Shown: piece by piece, positions 44,389 through 55,584 of the stretch
Position numbering within the stretch: the first letter of the stretch is position 1
Layout of the letters: every line of letters starts with the position of its first letter
NCBI GenBank assembly: GCA_963849325.1
Contig: CAWKHF010000012.1
Span: 1,184,001 to 1,248,000 of the forward strand
DNA: 64,000 bases
Direction: 5' to 3'
From: an uncultured Planctomycetota bacterium
Lineage (GTDB): Bacteria; Planctomycetota; Planctomycetia; Gemmatales; Gemmataceae
The notes under the pieces: model-generated
The model's database searches: none
What the model was told of the DNA's origin: nothing
Seen by the model: only the letters and a program-made list of their open reading frames with translations
Translations under genes and position numbers: made by a program

Positions 44389-45197
44389 ATGAGCGCCTAC
44401 CTGGGGGCGATCTGGGACTGCCGCTTTTTTTGGCTGTCGCTGGTCAAGATGGACCTGCGTTCGCGCTACCGAGGCTCGATTCTCGGCATCGGCTGGTCGT
44501 TGCTGCAATCCCATCGCCATGACGACGATACTCTGTGTCGTCTTCCGTATTTGGCTGAAGATGGATTTGCACTGGTACGCCCCGTTCGTCTTCATCGGCA
44601 TGACCTTCTGGGGCTTCTTCAGCGCCATCACGCTGCAAGGTTGCGGCTGCTTCTTCCAGGGAGAATCGTACATCCGTCAGTTCCCGGCCCCGATGGCGAT
44701 CTACCCGTTGCGTACCGTCCTCGGCGCCGGGCTTTCATTTCTGCATCGGCCTGGTGCTGGCCCTTGTGTTGGCCCTGTGTGTGCGGCCGACCGTTTCGGC
44801 GTCCGTCGCAACCCAGCTGTTCGCCTTGCTGAGCTTCTGCCCAGTTTGGCGCTCCTGCTCCTGTTCGGCTGGAGCGTGGCCATCCTGTTCGGGCTGCTCA
44901 ACGTCCGTTTCCGCGACACGCGCCATCTGGCGGAGGTCGGTTTGCAGGGCTTTTTTACCTGACGCCGATCATGTTCGACTTCAATTCGGAGGACATCAAA
45001 GGGCGTCGCCTGGCTGATGGTGTTTCAGTGCAACCCGCTCGTTCCCTTCCTGGATTTGCTTGCGTCAGCCCATCCTCAACGGACAGGTGCCGAGCCTGAT
45101 GACGTACGCGACCGCCGCCGCGATCGTGCTCCTCCTCGCCGGCGCGGCGATCCTGACGCTGAAAATCGAAGAACGACGGTTGATCTTCTATCTGTGA
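44389..45197 (+). CDS. wzm: ABC-2 polysaccharide export permease Wzm; several frameshifts
   Basis: DLRSRYRGSILGIGWSLL, NVRFRDTRHL, FYLTPI, NPL, ERRLIFYL. Confidence 0.85.
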
Positions 45198-45216
45198 CAC
45201 GGCGTTTAAGCTCGCG

Positions 45217-45259
45217 AGCCCGCAGCTTGCGGGGTAGCTTTCCCTCGCACGCTGCGGCT
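45217..45259. repeat. Degenerate REP-like hairpin at the wzm/wzt junction
   Basis: agcccgcagcttgcgggg-tagcttt-ccctcgcacgctgcggct. Confidence 0.55.
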
Positions 45260-45279
45260 AGGACGGTGGGACATCGTCA

Positions 45280-46038
45280 ATGGCGCGAATCGAACTGGAG
45301 CACGTTCATCTGACCTTCCGGGTGCGGCAGGAGCGAGGAGTTCGCCTCAAGGACTTCATCCTCAAGCGTATGTTCCTGCCGTCGAAAAACCCGATCATGG
45401 AAGTGCGGGCGCTGCAAGACATCAACCTGCGCATCGAGAAGGGCGACCGCGTCGGCTTCATCGGCCACAACGGCGCCGGCAAGAGCACCATGCTCAAGCT
45501 GCTGGCCGGCATCTACACGCCAACCAGCGGCCGACGCAACGTCCAGGGCCGCATCTCGTCGCTGTTCGACATCGCCCTGGGCTTCGAGGGCGAGGCCAGC
45601 GGCTGGGAGAACATCGCCTACCGCAGTTTCCTGCAAGGCGAGACGCCGAGCAGCGTCCGCGCCAAGAAGCAGGCCATCGCCGACTTCAGCGAGCTGGGCG
45701 ATTTCCTCAACATGCCGGTGCGCTACTATTCGGCTGGTATGATGGTACGATTGGCCTTCTCGATCGCCACGGCCATCGATCCCGAGATCCTGCTGGTGGA
45801 CGAGGTGCTCAGCGTCGGCGATCTGGCGTTTCAGCACAAAGCGCGCGAGCGCATGCGCGAGATGATGGCCAAGGCGCACCTGATGGTCCTTGTCACGCAC
45901 GATCTGGAATCGCTGCATCAGATGTGCAACCGGGCCGTGTGGATGGATCACGGCCGCATGGTCATGACGGGACCGTGCAGTGAAGTGGTGGCCGCGTATC
46001 GCTCGTCGGTGCAGACGCAGCCGGCCACAGCCGCCTAG
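45280..46038 (+). CDS. wzt: ABC polysaccharide export ATPase Wzt (no C-terminal carbohydrate-binding domain)
   Basis: GHNGAGKSTMLK, YSAGMMVRLAFS, ILLVDEVLSVGD, VTHD. Confidence 0.93.
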   Translation: MARIELEHVHLTFRVRQERGVRLKDFILKRMFLPSKNPIMEVRALQDINLRIEKGDRVGFIGHNGAGKSTMLKLLAGIYTPTSGRRNVQGRISSLFDIALGFEGEASGWENIAYRSFLQGETPSSVRAKKQAIADFSELGDFLNMPVRYYSAGMMVRLAFSIATAIDPEILLVDEVLSVGDLAFQHKARERMREMMAKAHLMVLVTHDLESLHQMCNRAVWMDHGRMVMTGPCSEVVAAYRSSVQTQPATAA

Positions 46039-46064
46039 CGGAAATCCGGATGTGAGGATTTCTC

Positions 46065-47072
46065 GTGAACGCTCCTCTTCGTTTCCAGTCGTACCTGCGT
46101 CCGATGGTCTGGGGCGGTCGGCAGCTCGGCGAGGTGCTGGGCAAAGCGCTGCCCAACGGCGGAACGTACGGCGAAGCCTGGGAGATCAGCGATCATCCTT
46201 CGCACGCCAGTGTCGTCGCCGACGGACCCCGCAAAGGGCAGACGCTCCGGCATCTGATGGAACACGAACCGGCCGCCTTGCTGGGCAAGGCCGCCGCGGA
46301 ACATTCGCGTTTTCCCTGGCTGGTCAAGCTGCTGGACGCCTGGGACTGGTTGTCGGTGCAGGTGCATCCGAACGAGGCCGATGTGCTGCGCTTGTGGCCG
46401 GGAGAAGGCAGCAAAACGGAAGCGTGGTTCGTTCTAGCGGCGGCGCCGACCAGCCGTGTGTACGCGGGTCTTTTGCCGGGCGTCGATGAGGCGCGGCTGC
46501 GTGCGGCCTTACGCGAGGGCACGGTCGGCGATTGTCTGCACCAGTTCCAGCCGCGCCCCGGCGATTGCGTCTTCCTGCCGGCCGGCACCGTTCACGCCGT
46601 CGGCGGCGGCGTCCTCATGGCCGAAGTGCAGCAGACCAGCGACGCCACTTTCCGCCTGTTCGACTGGGACCGCCGCGATGCGAGAGGCCAGACCCGACAA
46701 CTTCACATCGAGGAAGCCCTGGCCTGCATCGACTGGAGCAGCGGTCCTGTCCATCCGGTGCGTGCCGAGGGCTTTCCGGGCGTCGCCGACAGCCGCGGGG
46801 AGAGGGCCGGCAGCCGACGGCAGCGACTGGTCCGCTGCCGTTACTTCACCCTGGAGTATCTGCGCCAGAACGAGCCATTCACCTGTGGCGGCATCGGTCG
46901 CTTGCAGGTGTTGCTCGTGCTGCATGGACGCGGCCGGCTCTGGACTGGCGAGGGAGTATGGGAGTTGGCCCCCGGCGATACCCTGCTCTTGCCCGCCGCG
47001 CTCGACGCTTTGACCTGCCATCCCGAGGGCGACCTGGGGATGCTTCTGTCCACTTTGCCCGCCAATTCGTAG
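46065..47072 (+). CDS. manA: Type I mannose-6-phosphate isomerase
   Basis: VWGG, GEAWEIS, FPWLVKLLDA..WLSVQVHP, KTEAW, PAGTVHA, EVQQTSDATFRLFDW. Confidence 0.9.
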   Translation: MNAPLRFQSYLRPMVWGGRQLGEVLGKALPNGGTYGEAWEISDHPSHASVVADGPRKGQTLRHLMEHEPAALLGKAAAEHSRFPWLVKLLDAWDWLSVQVHPNEADVLRLWPGEGSKTEAWFVLAAAPTSRVYAGLLPGVDEARLRAALREGTVGDCLHQFQPRPGDCVFLPAGTVHAVGGGVLMAEVQQTSDATFRLFDWDRRDARGQTRQLHIEEALACIDWSSGPVHPVRAEGFPGVADSRGERAGSRRQRLVRCRYFTLEYLRQNEPFTCGGIGRLQVLLVLHGRGRLWTGEGVWELAPGDTLLLPAALDALTCHPEGDLGMLLSTLPANS

Positions 47073-47092
47073 GACTTATCCAGGAATCACTT

Positions 47093-47159
47093 CGTTTAGC
47101 CGCGACGCGCAGCGGAGCGCGGGTCTGTCCCGCGCTCCGCTGCGCGTCGCGGCTAAACG
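47093..47159. repeat. Perfect 31-bp inverted repeat (REPIN-like)
   Basis: cgtttagccgcgacgcgcagcggagcgcggg-tctgt-cccgcgctccgctgcgcgtcgcggctaaacg. Confidence 0.95.
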
Positions 47160-47203
47160 GGGAATGGGTTGTTGGACGCCTCCATAATAACGAAGACATC
47201 TCC

Positions 47204-47680
47204 ATGCAATTTCACGCGGGCCACATCGACGGCGTCATCTGGAAAGCGCTGACGAAGTATCACGATGCGCGCGGCTGGCTGTGCGAGCTGTTCCGCCACG
47301 ACGAACTGCCCGCCGAGTTTCATCCGGTCATGGCTTACATTTCGCTGACCGAGACCCGCGTGGTGCGCGGGCCACACGAACACGTCGAGCAGAGCGATTG
47401 TTTCGCTTTTCTGGGACCGTCGAACTTCAAGGTCTATCTCTGGGACAACCGCCAGGATTCGCCGACTTACCAGGTCCGACAGACGGAAGTCGTCGGCGCC
47501 GATCAGCCGATGCTGCTCATCGTCCCGCCGGGCGTCGTCCATGCTTACCAGAACGTCGGCGGCGAGCCGGGCCTGGTGTTCAACTGCCCCAATCGTCTCT
47601 ACAAGGGACCGGGACGCAAAGAGCCGATCGATGAGATCCGCCACGAGGACCAGGCGGACAGCCCCTATCGCCTCGATTGA
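47204..47680 (+). CDS. RmlC-like cupin (dTDP-4-dehydrorhamnose 3,5-epimerase family)
   Basis: HDARGWLCELFR, VRGPHEH..QSD, LWDNR..SPTY, VPPGVVHAY. Confidence 0.85.
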   Translation: MQFHAGHIDGVIWKALTKYHDARGWLCELFRHDELPAEFHPVMAYISLTETRVVRGPHEHVEQSDCFAFLGPSNFKVYLWDNRQDSPTYQVRQTEVVGADQPMLLIVPPGVVHAYQNVGGEPGLVFNCPNRLYKGPGRKEPIDEIRHEDQADSPYRLD

Positions 47681-47728
47681 CATGCCCCTGTCAGCCCGCC
47701 ATGATGGCGTGGATCGACTCAATCCGCC

Positions 47729-48887
<1,159 letters not shown>

Positions 48888-48932
48888 GAAAGACCGGGGC
48901 CGGGACGACGAGAAGATGAGGGGAACGGGGCC

Positions 48933-49421
48933 ATGAGTGCGACGAACCATCCCGATTGGGATCTGGATGAGTTGAAGACGAAGATCCGCGAGCAGGCCGC
49001 CGAGATGCGCGAACGCGCGGCGGCGGCGGTCCCGCTGGCGGCGCGCGGCTCGTCGGCGTGGTCGTTCAACTGGCTGGAGGTCAAGAGTCGGCTCAAGATC
49101 GGGGCCGGACTCGCTCAGATGGGCGGCATGCCGCTGTTGCCGCGCTTCCGCGGCGTCAAGCGGCAGGTCGCCCTCTTTGCCTCCCGCGCGGTCCTGTACC
49201 TGACGCGCTTCCTCACCAGCCGGCAGACCGATTTCAATGTCTGCCTGCTCGACGCCCTGCGCGAAATGGGCGAAGCGCTGCACGGGGTCGAGACGCGCGT
49301 GGTGCAGCAGCAGGAGCAAATCCGCCTGCTGGAAGCGTGCGTCAACCAGTTGCAGCTGCGCGTCTCCTCCGGGAGCGTCCTTCCGGCCCGCCGTTGTGAA
49401 ATCGAGCGCAAGGCGTCCTGA
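48933..49421 (+). CDS. Hypothetical protein with a C-terminal coiled coil
   Basis: ATG with a purine-rich RBS; RQTDFN followed by heptad-like LHGVETRVVQQQEQIRLLEACVNQL. Confidence 0.7.
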   Translation: MSATNHPDWDLDELKTKIREQAAEMRERAAAAVPLAARGSSAWSFNWLEVKSRLKIGAGLAQMGGMPLLPRFRGVKRQVALFASRAVLYLTRFLTSRQTDFNVCLLDALREMGEALHGVETRVVQQQEQIRLLEACVNQLQLRVSSGSVLPARRCEIERKAS

Positions 49422-49426
49422 CATCG

Positions 49427-49499
49427 AAGTTCTGAGTTCTGAGTTCTGAGTTCTGAGTGCCGTCTTCACTCAGAACTCAGAACTCAGAACTCAGAACTT
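49427..49499. repeat. Perfect inverted tandem 7-mer hairpin (GTTCTGA)x4 / (TCAGAAC)x4
   Basis: aagttctgagttctgagttctgagttctgagtg-ccgtctt-cactcagaactcagaactcagaactcagaactt. Confidence 0.97.
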
Positions 49500-49516
49500 T
49501 TACCTGAGTGGAGCGC

Positions 49517-50612
49517 ATGAGCCGAATTGCCATCGTCAGCCTGAGCATTGCCCCCGGCGACGCCGTGGGCAACGACGCCCTGGAGATGCACCGTATCCTG
49601 TCCGCGCAGGGCCACACGGTAGGGCTGTTCAACTCCCATTGGGTCAAGAAGACTTCGCAGACGCGGGACGTGGCTGAGCTGCCGGATTTCCTCGGCGATG
49701 ATCCTCGCTCGATCCTGCTCTATCACCACGCCGTCGGCTGGGCGGCGGGTATCGAGCTGCTGCGGCGGACGACGTGTCGGCGCGTCGTGAAATATCACAA
49801 CGTCACGCCGGGCCGATTCTTCGCCGGCTTCCCCGGCGACCAGATGCGCGTCTGCCAGCTGGGCCGCGACCAGCTGCGCGAGCTGGCGCGGGCGAAGTGC
49901 GATCTTTACCTGTCCGATTCTCCGTACAATCAGGGCGAATTGCTCGACGCCGGCGCCGATCCCGAACGCTGCGCCGTGGTGCCGCCGTTCCATCACATCG
50001 ACCGCCTCGATGCCTTGCAGCCGGACCCCGAGATCCTGCGCCGTCTCGGCGATGGACAGACGAACCTGCTGTTCGTGGGACGACGGGCGCCGAACAAGGG
50101 CCATCGCTTCCTCATCGATGCCTTCGCCGCCTACCATGAACACTACAACTCCAACAGTCGTCTTCTCCTCGTCGGCAAGGAAGACCGTCATCTCGTCAGT
50201 TACTCGAACCAGCTGCGCGAGCAGGCGTCGCGCCTCGGCGTGCTCGACCGCGTTCTGTTCATCGACAGTGCGACGGAGTCGGAGCTGCGAGGTTACTACG
50301 AGACGGCGTCGGCGTTGGTGGTGGCCAGCGAGCACGAAGGTTTCTGCGTGCCGGTGGTGGAGGCGATGGCGTTGGGCGTGCCGGTGGTGGCCTATGGCAC
50401 GACGCGCCGTGCCGCACACCGTCGGCGACGCCGGCCTGGTCTGGGACGAACCGGACCCCTTCTTGCTGGCTCAATCCGTCGATGCCGTCGTCCGCGATGC
50501 CGACTTGCGTCGCCGTCTGGCCGAACGCGGCTGGCGCCGCTATCAGCAACTCTTTTGCAACGATCGCATCGAACACGCCTTCCTCCACGCCTTGCGGCCG
50601 TTGGCGGCTTAG
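49517..50612 (+). CDS. GT4 glycosyltransferase, paralog A; frameshift near 50403
   Basis: GDAVGND, YHNVTP, LFVGRRAPNKG, SEHEGFCVPVVEAM. Confidence 0.9.
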
Positions 50613-50628
50613 CGCCAAGTCGTCAACG
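50599..50628. repeat. REP-like hairpin that supplies the GT4 stop codon
   Basis: cgttggcggctt-agcgcc-aagtcgtcaacg (two G-T wobbles); TAG at 50610-50612. Confidence 0.75.
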
Positions 50629-50651
50629 ACTCACGCGATCCGAGAGATCCC

Positions 50652-51782
50652 ATGACGCGAATCGCCATCGTCAGTCCGACCATCCTGCCGGGAGACGCGG
50701 TCGGGCACGACATCCTGCACTCGTGGCGCATCCTCCGTTCTCAGGGACACGAGGTCGAACTGTTCTCCACCAACTGGGGCACACCCGACCCGCGCAACCA
50801 GGATGAGCTTCACGTCCGCGATTATCTGCACGACGATCCGTCGGCCCTGCTCATCCTCCATCACGCCATCGGCTGGATACACGCCGTGCCGGTCGTCACC
50901 GCGGCGAAGTGCCGCCGCGTCGTGAAGTATCACAACGTCACTCCCGCGCGCTTCTACGATTCCTTGAACGAAGGTTACGCCGACCTGTGCCGCAAAGGCC
51001 GCACCCAGCTGCGCGAGCTGATTCAGTCTTCGTGCGACCTTTATCTCGCCGATTCGCCGTTCAATCTCGCCGACCTGATCGCAATGGGCGCCGACCCCGA
51101 CTGCTGCGCCGTGACGCCGCCCTTCAACGACATCCCGCATCTGCTGGAAATCGAGGCAGACCCGGACGTGCGGCGCGATTACGGCGATGGCCGGACGAAC
51201 CTGTTATTCGTGGGCCGACGGGCGCCGAACAAGGGCCATCGCTTCCTCATCGATGCCTTCGCCGCCTACCACGAACACTACAACCCCAACAGCCGATTGC
51301 TGCTTGTCGGCAAGGGCGATCCGTCGCTGGCGGAGTACACGGCCGCGCTGCGCGAGCAGGTGCGGCGGTTGGACCTGACCGGGCACGTCATTTTTCTGGA
51401 CGGGGCGACGGAGTCGGAGCTGCGGGGTTACTACGAGACGGCGTCGGCGTTGGTGGTGGCCAGCGAGCACGAGGGTTTCTGCGTGCCGGTGGTGGAGGCG
51501 ATGGCCCTGGGCGTGCCGGTGGTGGCCTACGGCACCAGCGCCGTGCCGCACACCGTCGGCGATGCCGGACTAGTCTGGGACGAACCCGATCCCTTCTTGC
51601 TGGCTCAGTCCGTCGATGCCGTCGTCCGCGATGCCGATTTGCGTCGCTGTCTGGCCGAGCGCGGCTGGCGTCGCTATCAGCAGCTCTTTTGCAACGACCG
51701 CATCGAACAGACCTTCCTCCACGCCCTGCGGCCGTTGCTGGATGCAAGCGGGGCGCTGGTCGGCGACACCTGCCTGGTTTGA
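50652..51782 (+). CDS. GT4 glycosyltransferase, paralog B
   Basis: Same motifs as paralog A; the 3' half is near-identical at DNA level. Confidence 0.92.
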   Translation: MTRIAIVSPTILPGDAVGHDILHSWRILRSQGHEVELFSTNWGTPDPRNQDELHVRDYLHDDPSALLILHHAIGWIHAVPVVTAAKCRRVVKYHNVTPARFYDSLNEGYADLCRKGRTQLRELIQSSCDLYLADSPFNLADLIAMGADPDCCAVTPPFNDIPHLLEIEADPDVRRDYGDGRTNLLFVGRRAPNKGHRFLIDAFAAYHEHYNPNSRLLLVGKGDPSLAEYTAALREQVRRLDLTGHVIFLDGATESELRGYYETASALVVASEHEGFCVPVVEAMALGVPVVAYGTSAVPHTVGDAGLVWDEPDPFLLAQSVDAVVRDADLRRCLAERGWRRYQQLFCNDRIEQTFLHALRPLLDASGALVGDTCLV

Positions 51783-51789
51783 ACGCGGC

Positions 51790-51818
51790 TTGAACGATTC
51801 CGCGAGGTCTGGTATAAG
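51790..51818 (+). promoter_or_regulatory. Sigma70-like internal promoter upstream of rfbF
   Basis: TTGAAC-N17-TATAAG with a TG extension. Confidence 0.5.
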
Positions 51819-51884
51819 CCGCTGACGCGCGAAGACTCACCTCGAAGCTTGTCCCTCTCTCCCACGGAAGGCGCGGGACCGGAC

Positions 51885-52687
51885 ATGAAAGTGATTATTC
51901 TCGCGGGCGGCATGGGCACCCGCCTGGCCGAAGAGACGCAGGTGAAGCCCAAGCCGATGGTCGAGATCGGCGGCAAGCCCATCCTGTGGCACATCCTGAA
52001 ACATTTCGCCCACCACGGCTTCACCGAGTTCGCTATCGCTCTCGGCTACAAGGGCGATGTCATCAAACGCTATTTCCTGGATTACACCCTCATCAGCGGC
52101 AACCTCACCGTCGATCTGGGTTCCGGCGAGATTACCCGCCAGCGTAACGTCGTGGAGAAATGGACAGTCCATCTGGTTGATACGGGACTGCACACGGTCA
52201 CGGGAGGGCGCGTCAAGCGGCTGGCGCCGCTGATCGGCGCGAGACGTTCCTGATGACCTACGGCGACGGCGTCGCCAACGTGGACCTGAAGCGCCTGCTG
52301 CAATTTCACCGCTCGCACGGCAAGCTGGCGACGGTGACGGCGGTGCGTCCGCCGGCGCGGTTCGGCGGTCTGTGCTTCGAGCAGGACCAGGTGGTGCAGT
52401 TCACCGAGAAGCCGCAGATCGGCGAGGGCTGGATCAATGGCGGCTATTTCGTGCTGGAACCGGAAGTATTCGACTACATCGCCGGCGACGACATTCATTT
52501 CGAGCAAGAGCCGCTGGAGACCCTGGCCGCGGACGGACAGCTGATGGCGTATCGGCATCCCGATTTCTGGCAGTGCATGGACACGATGCGCGACCACCGC
52601 TTGCTGGAGACACTGTGGAACTCCGGCAAGGCTCCCTGGTGCGTGTGGGCCGAGTCCGAGACGGAACTATCCCGCAAGGCCGCCTGA
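51885..52687 (+). CDS. rfbF: Glucose-1-phosphate cytidylyltransferase; frameshift near 52240
   Basis: ILAGGMGTRLAEET..KPKPMVEIGGKPILWHI, LGYKG, TGGRVK, TYGDGV, WINGG.FV, FWQCMDTMRD. Confidence 0.93.
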
Positions 52688-52697
52688 GAGGACGACA

Positions 52698-53702
52698 ATG
52701 CCGGAGCATGACACGGACTGGTCGGGACGGCGCATCCTGGTGACGGGGGCGAGCGGCTTCGTCGGCTCCTGGCTCGTCAAGACGCTGATACAACGGCGGG
52801 CCGATGTGGTCGTCCTGCTGCGCGACGCCGATCCGCAGAGCGAATTGCTCCGCGGCGGCATGCTCCGCCATACCACCGTCGTCAGCGGCGAGCTGGAGAA
52901 CTACGAGACGGTACGGCGGGCGATCAACGAGCACGAGGTGGACACGATCTTCCACCTGGCTGCCCAGGCCATCGTCGGCGCGGCCCTGCGCGATCCACTG
53001 CCGACTTTCGAGTCCAACATTCGCGGCACCTATCACGTGCTGGAGGCGGCGCGCGTCCATGCGGGGCTGGTCAAGGCCGTGGTCATCGCCTCCAGTGACA
53101 AGGCCTACGGCGACAGCGACGACCTGCCCTATCAGGAGACGCATCCGCTCGCCGGCCAGCACCCTTACGATGTGTCCAAAAGCTGTACCGACCTGCTGGC
53201 GAGTTCGTATTTCCACACCTACGGCTCGCCGATCGCCATCGCCCGCTGTGGCAACATCTACGGCGGCGGCGATCTCAACTGGACGCGCATCGTACCGGGG
53301 ACCATCCGTTCGCTTCTGCGGCGCGAGAGGCCGATCCTGCGCAGCGACGGCAACATGGTGCGCGATTACCTCTTCGTCGAGGACGCGGTGGACGCTTACC
53401 TGGCGCTGGCGGCCCGGATCGACAGGCCGGAGGTGACGGGACAAGCGTTTAACTTCAGCACCGAGTCCTACGTCACCGTCCGCGAGATCGTCCAGACGAT
53501 TCAGCAAGTGATGGATGCGCGCGACCTGGAGCCAATCATCCAAAATCGGGCCGGCGGCGAGATCCGAGCGCAATCGCTGTGTTCGGCGAAGGCGCGGGCG
53601 GTGCTGGGCTGGTCGGCGCCTCACGACCTGATGGCGGGACTGCGGAAGACGGTGGCGTGGTATCGAGCGTACCTGGCTTCGGCTCAGCCGCTTGCGGCTT
53701 AG
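52698..53702 (+). CDS. rfbG: CDP-glucose 4,6-dehydratase-like SDR
   Basis: VTGASGFVGSWL, FHLAAQAIV, ASSDKAYG, PYDVSK, RCGNIYGGGD; directly after rfbF. Confidence 0.8.
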   Translation: MPEHDTDWSGRRILVTGASGFVGSWLVKTLIQRRADVVVLLRDADPQSELLRGGMLRHTTVVSGELENYETVRRAINEHEVDTIFHLAAQAIVGAALRDPLPTFESNIRGTYHVLEAARVHAGLVKAVVIASSDKAYGDSDDLPYQETHPLAGQHPYDVSKSCTDLLASSYFHTYGSPIAIARCGNIYGGGDLNWTRIVPGTIRSLLRRERPILRSDGNMVRDYLFVEDAVDAYLALAARIDRPEVTGQAFNFSTESYVTVREIVQTIQQVMDARDLEPIIQNRAGGEIRAQSLCSAKARAVLGWSAPHDLMAGLRKTVAWYRAYLASAQPLAA

Positions 53703-53708
53703 GGCTTG

Positions 53709-53775
53709 TCTTCGTTTCGCCGCGAGGCAGCGGAGCGCGGCAGACGCGCTCCGCTGCCTCGCGGCGAAACGAAGA
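53709..53775. repeat. Perfect 31-bp inverted repeat, same family as 47093-47159; preceded by a GCCGCTTGCGGCTTAG REP half that supplies the rfbG stop
   Basis: tcttcgtttcgccgcgaggcagcggagcgcg-gcaga-cgcgctccgctgcctcgcggcgaaacgaaga. Confidence 0.95.
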
Positions 53776-53797
53776 ATGGAGATGACGAAGGAAACGC

Positions 53798-55032
53798 ATG
53801 AGTCGGTTGACTTCCTGCCGGATTTGTGGGGCCAGCGCATCGAGTCTGCAATCGGTGCTCGACCTGGGCGAAACGCCGCTCGCTAACCGCCTGCTGCGGG
53901 CCGAGCACCTCGGCGAGGACGAGCCGCGCTATCCGCTGGAGCTGGTCCTGTGTCCGCACTGCTCGCTCTTGCAAATCACCGAGACGGTGCCGCCCGAGGT
54001 CTTGTTTCGCCAATATCTCTACTGCTCCAGCTTCTCCGATACGATGCTCCACCACTCCGAGAAGTTAGCCGAGCGTCTCATCGCCGAGCGCGGCCTGGGT
54101 CCGTCGAACCTGGTGATGGAAGCCGCCAGCAATGACGGCTATCTGCTGCAATACTTCACGCGCGAAAACGTCCGTGTCTGCGGCATCGAGCCGGCTCGCA
54201 ACATCGCGCGGGCGGCGCGGCGCGGGGCATTCCCACCATCGACGAATTTTTCGGGACCGAGTTGGCCGGACGTCTCCGTGGCGACGGCGAACGGGCCGAC
54301 GTTTTCCTGGCCAACAACGTGCTGGCGCACGTCGCCGACACCAACGATTTCGTCCGCGCCGTGCAGCTTGTGCTGGCGCCGAAAGGCGTGGCCGTCATCG
54401 AGGCGCCCTACGCCAGGGACATGATCGACCATTGCGAGTTTGACACCATTTATCACGAGCACCTGTGTTACTTCTCGCTGACGGCGCTGGATCGCTTGTT
54501 TGGTCAGAACGGTCTGCGCATCTTTGCCGTCGAGCGTGTGCCGATCCACGGCGGCTCGCTGCGCCTGTTCATCGGCCATGCCGACGCGGTTGTGCAAGGC
54601 GCAACGGTGCGAGCGCTGCTGGACGAGGAGCGTTCCTGGGGCGTCAACGACGTGGCCGCCTACGCCGATTTTCGCCGCCGCGTGGAGGCGCTGAAGACTG
54701 AGTTGTGCGAGCGTCTGCACGCGCTGAAACGACAGGGGGCGCGACTGGCCGCTTACGGCGCCTCCGCCAAGGGCAGCACGCTGCTGAACTATTTCGGCAT
54801 CGGCCGGGACATGCTCGAGTTCGTCGTCGATCGCAGCACGGTCAAGCAGGGACATTACACGCCCGGCTCACATCTGCCCATTCACGCCCCGGAGAGACTG
54901 TTGGAAGAAATGCCCGACCAGGTATTGCTGCTGACGTGGAACTTCGCCGACGAGATCGTTCGCCAGCAGCAGGAATACCGCAGACGCGGCGGGTGCTTTC
55001 TCATCCCCATTCCCGAATTGCGCGTGGCCTGA
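53798..55032 (+). CDS. NDP-hexose C3-methyltransferase (Zn-binding, SAM-dependent); frameshift near 54215
   Basis: CRICG...DLGETPLAN...CPHCSLLQ, ASNDGYLL, FDTIYHEHLCYFS, HGGSLR, YGASAKGSTLLN, LLLTWNF. Confidence 0.88.
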
Positions 55033-55053
55033 AACGCCCCGGAGCTTCGCACC

Positions 55054-55584
55054 ATGCGGCTGACGGAGACGATCATTCCCGGAGCCTACATCGTCGAGCC
55101 GGAACGGCGCACGGACGAGCGCGGCTTCTTCGCCCGTACCTGGTGCCGGCGCGAGTTCGAGATACACGGGCTGGAATCGCGGCTTTCCCAGTGCAGCATC
55201 TCGTACAACCGCAAGGCCGGCACTCTTCGCGGCATGCACTTCCAGGTCGAACCGCACGCCGAGGTGAAGCTGGTCCGCTGCACGGCCGGGTCCATTCACG
55301 ACGTCCTCCTCGACCTGCGCCCTTCTTCTCCTACCTACATGCGCTGGGTCGCCGTGGAGCTGACGGCGGACAATCGTCGCGCCGTCTACATCCCGGCCGG
55401 CGTCGCTCACGGCTTCCAGACGCTAGTAGATGATGCCGAGGTTCTCTACCAGATCTCCGAGTTTTATCATCCGGAATGTGCGTCCGGTGTGCGCTGGGAC
55501 GATCCGGCGTTCGCCATCCGCTGGCCGCTGTCGTCGCCCATTCTTTCGCCAAAAGATAAACAATACCTGGATTATCGCCCATGA
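55054..55584 (+). CDS. rfbC: dTDP-4-dehydrorhamnose 3,5-epimerase family
   Basis: DERGFFAR, GTLRGMHFQ, EVKLVRC, DLRPSSPTY, AHGFQTL, GVRWDDP. Confidence 0.92.
   Translation: MRLTETIIPGAYIVEPERRTDERGFFARTWCRREFEIHGLESRLSQCSISYNRKAGTLRGMHFQVEPHAEVKLVRCTAGSIHDVLLDLRPSSPTYMRWVAVELTADNRRAVYIPAGVAHGFQTLVDDAEVLYQISEFYHPECASGVRWDDPAFAIRWPLSSPILSPKDKQYLDYRP

Noticed and set aside
45228-45241. ops/JUMPstart element (gcggggtagc)
   Set aside because: Does not match GGCGGTAG exactly and lies in a REP-like hairpin inside the operon rather than in the leader.
49427-49499. Tandem repeats here and at 5863 and 35268 as CRISPR arrays
   Set aside because: Units are 7-10 nt with no unique spacers, arranged as inverted arms; no cas genes.
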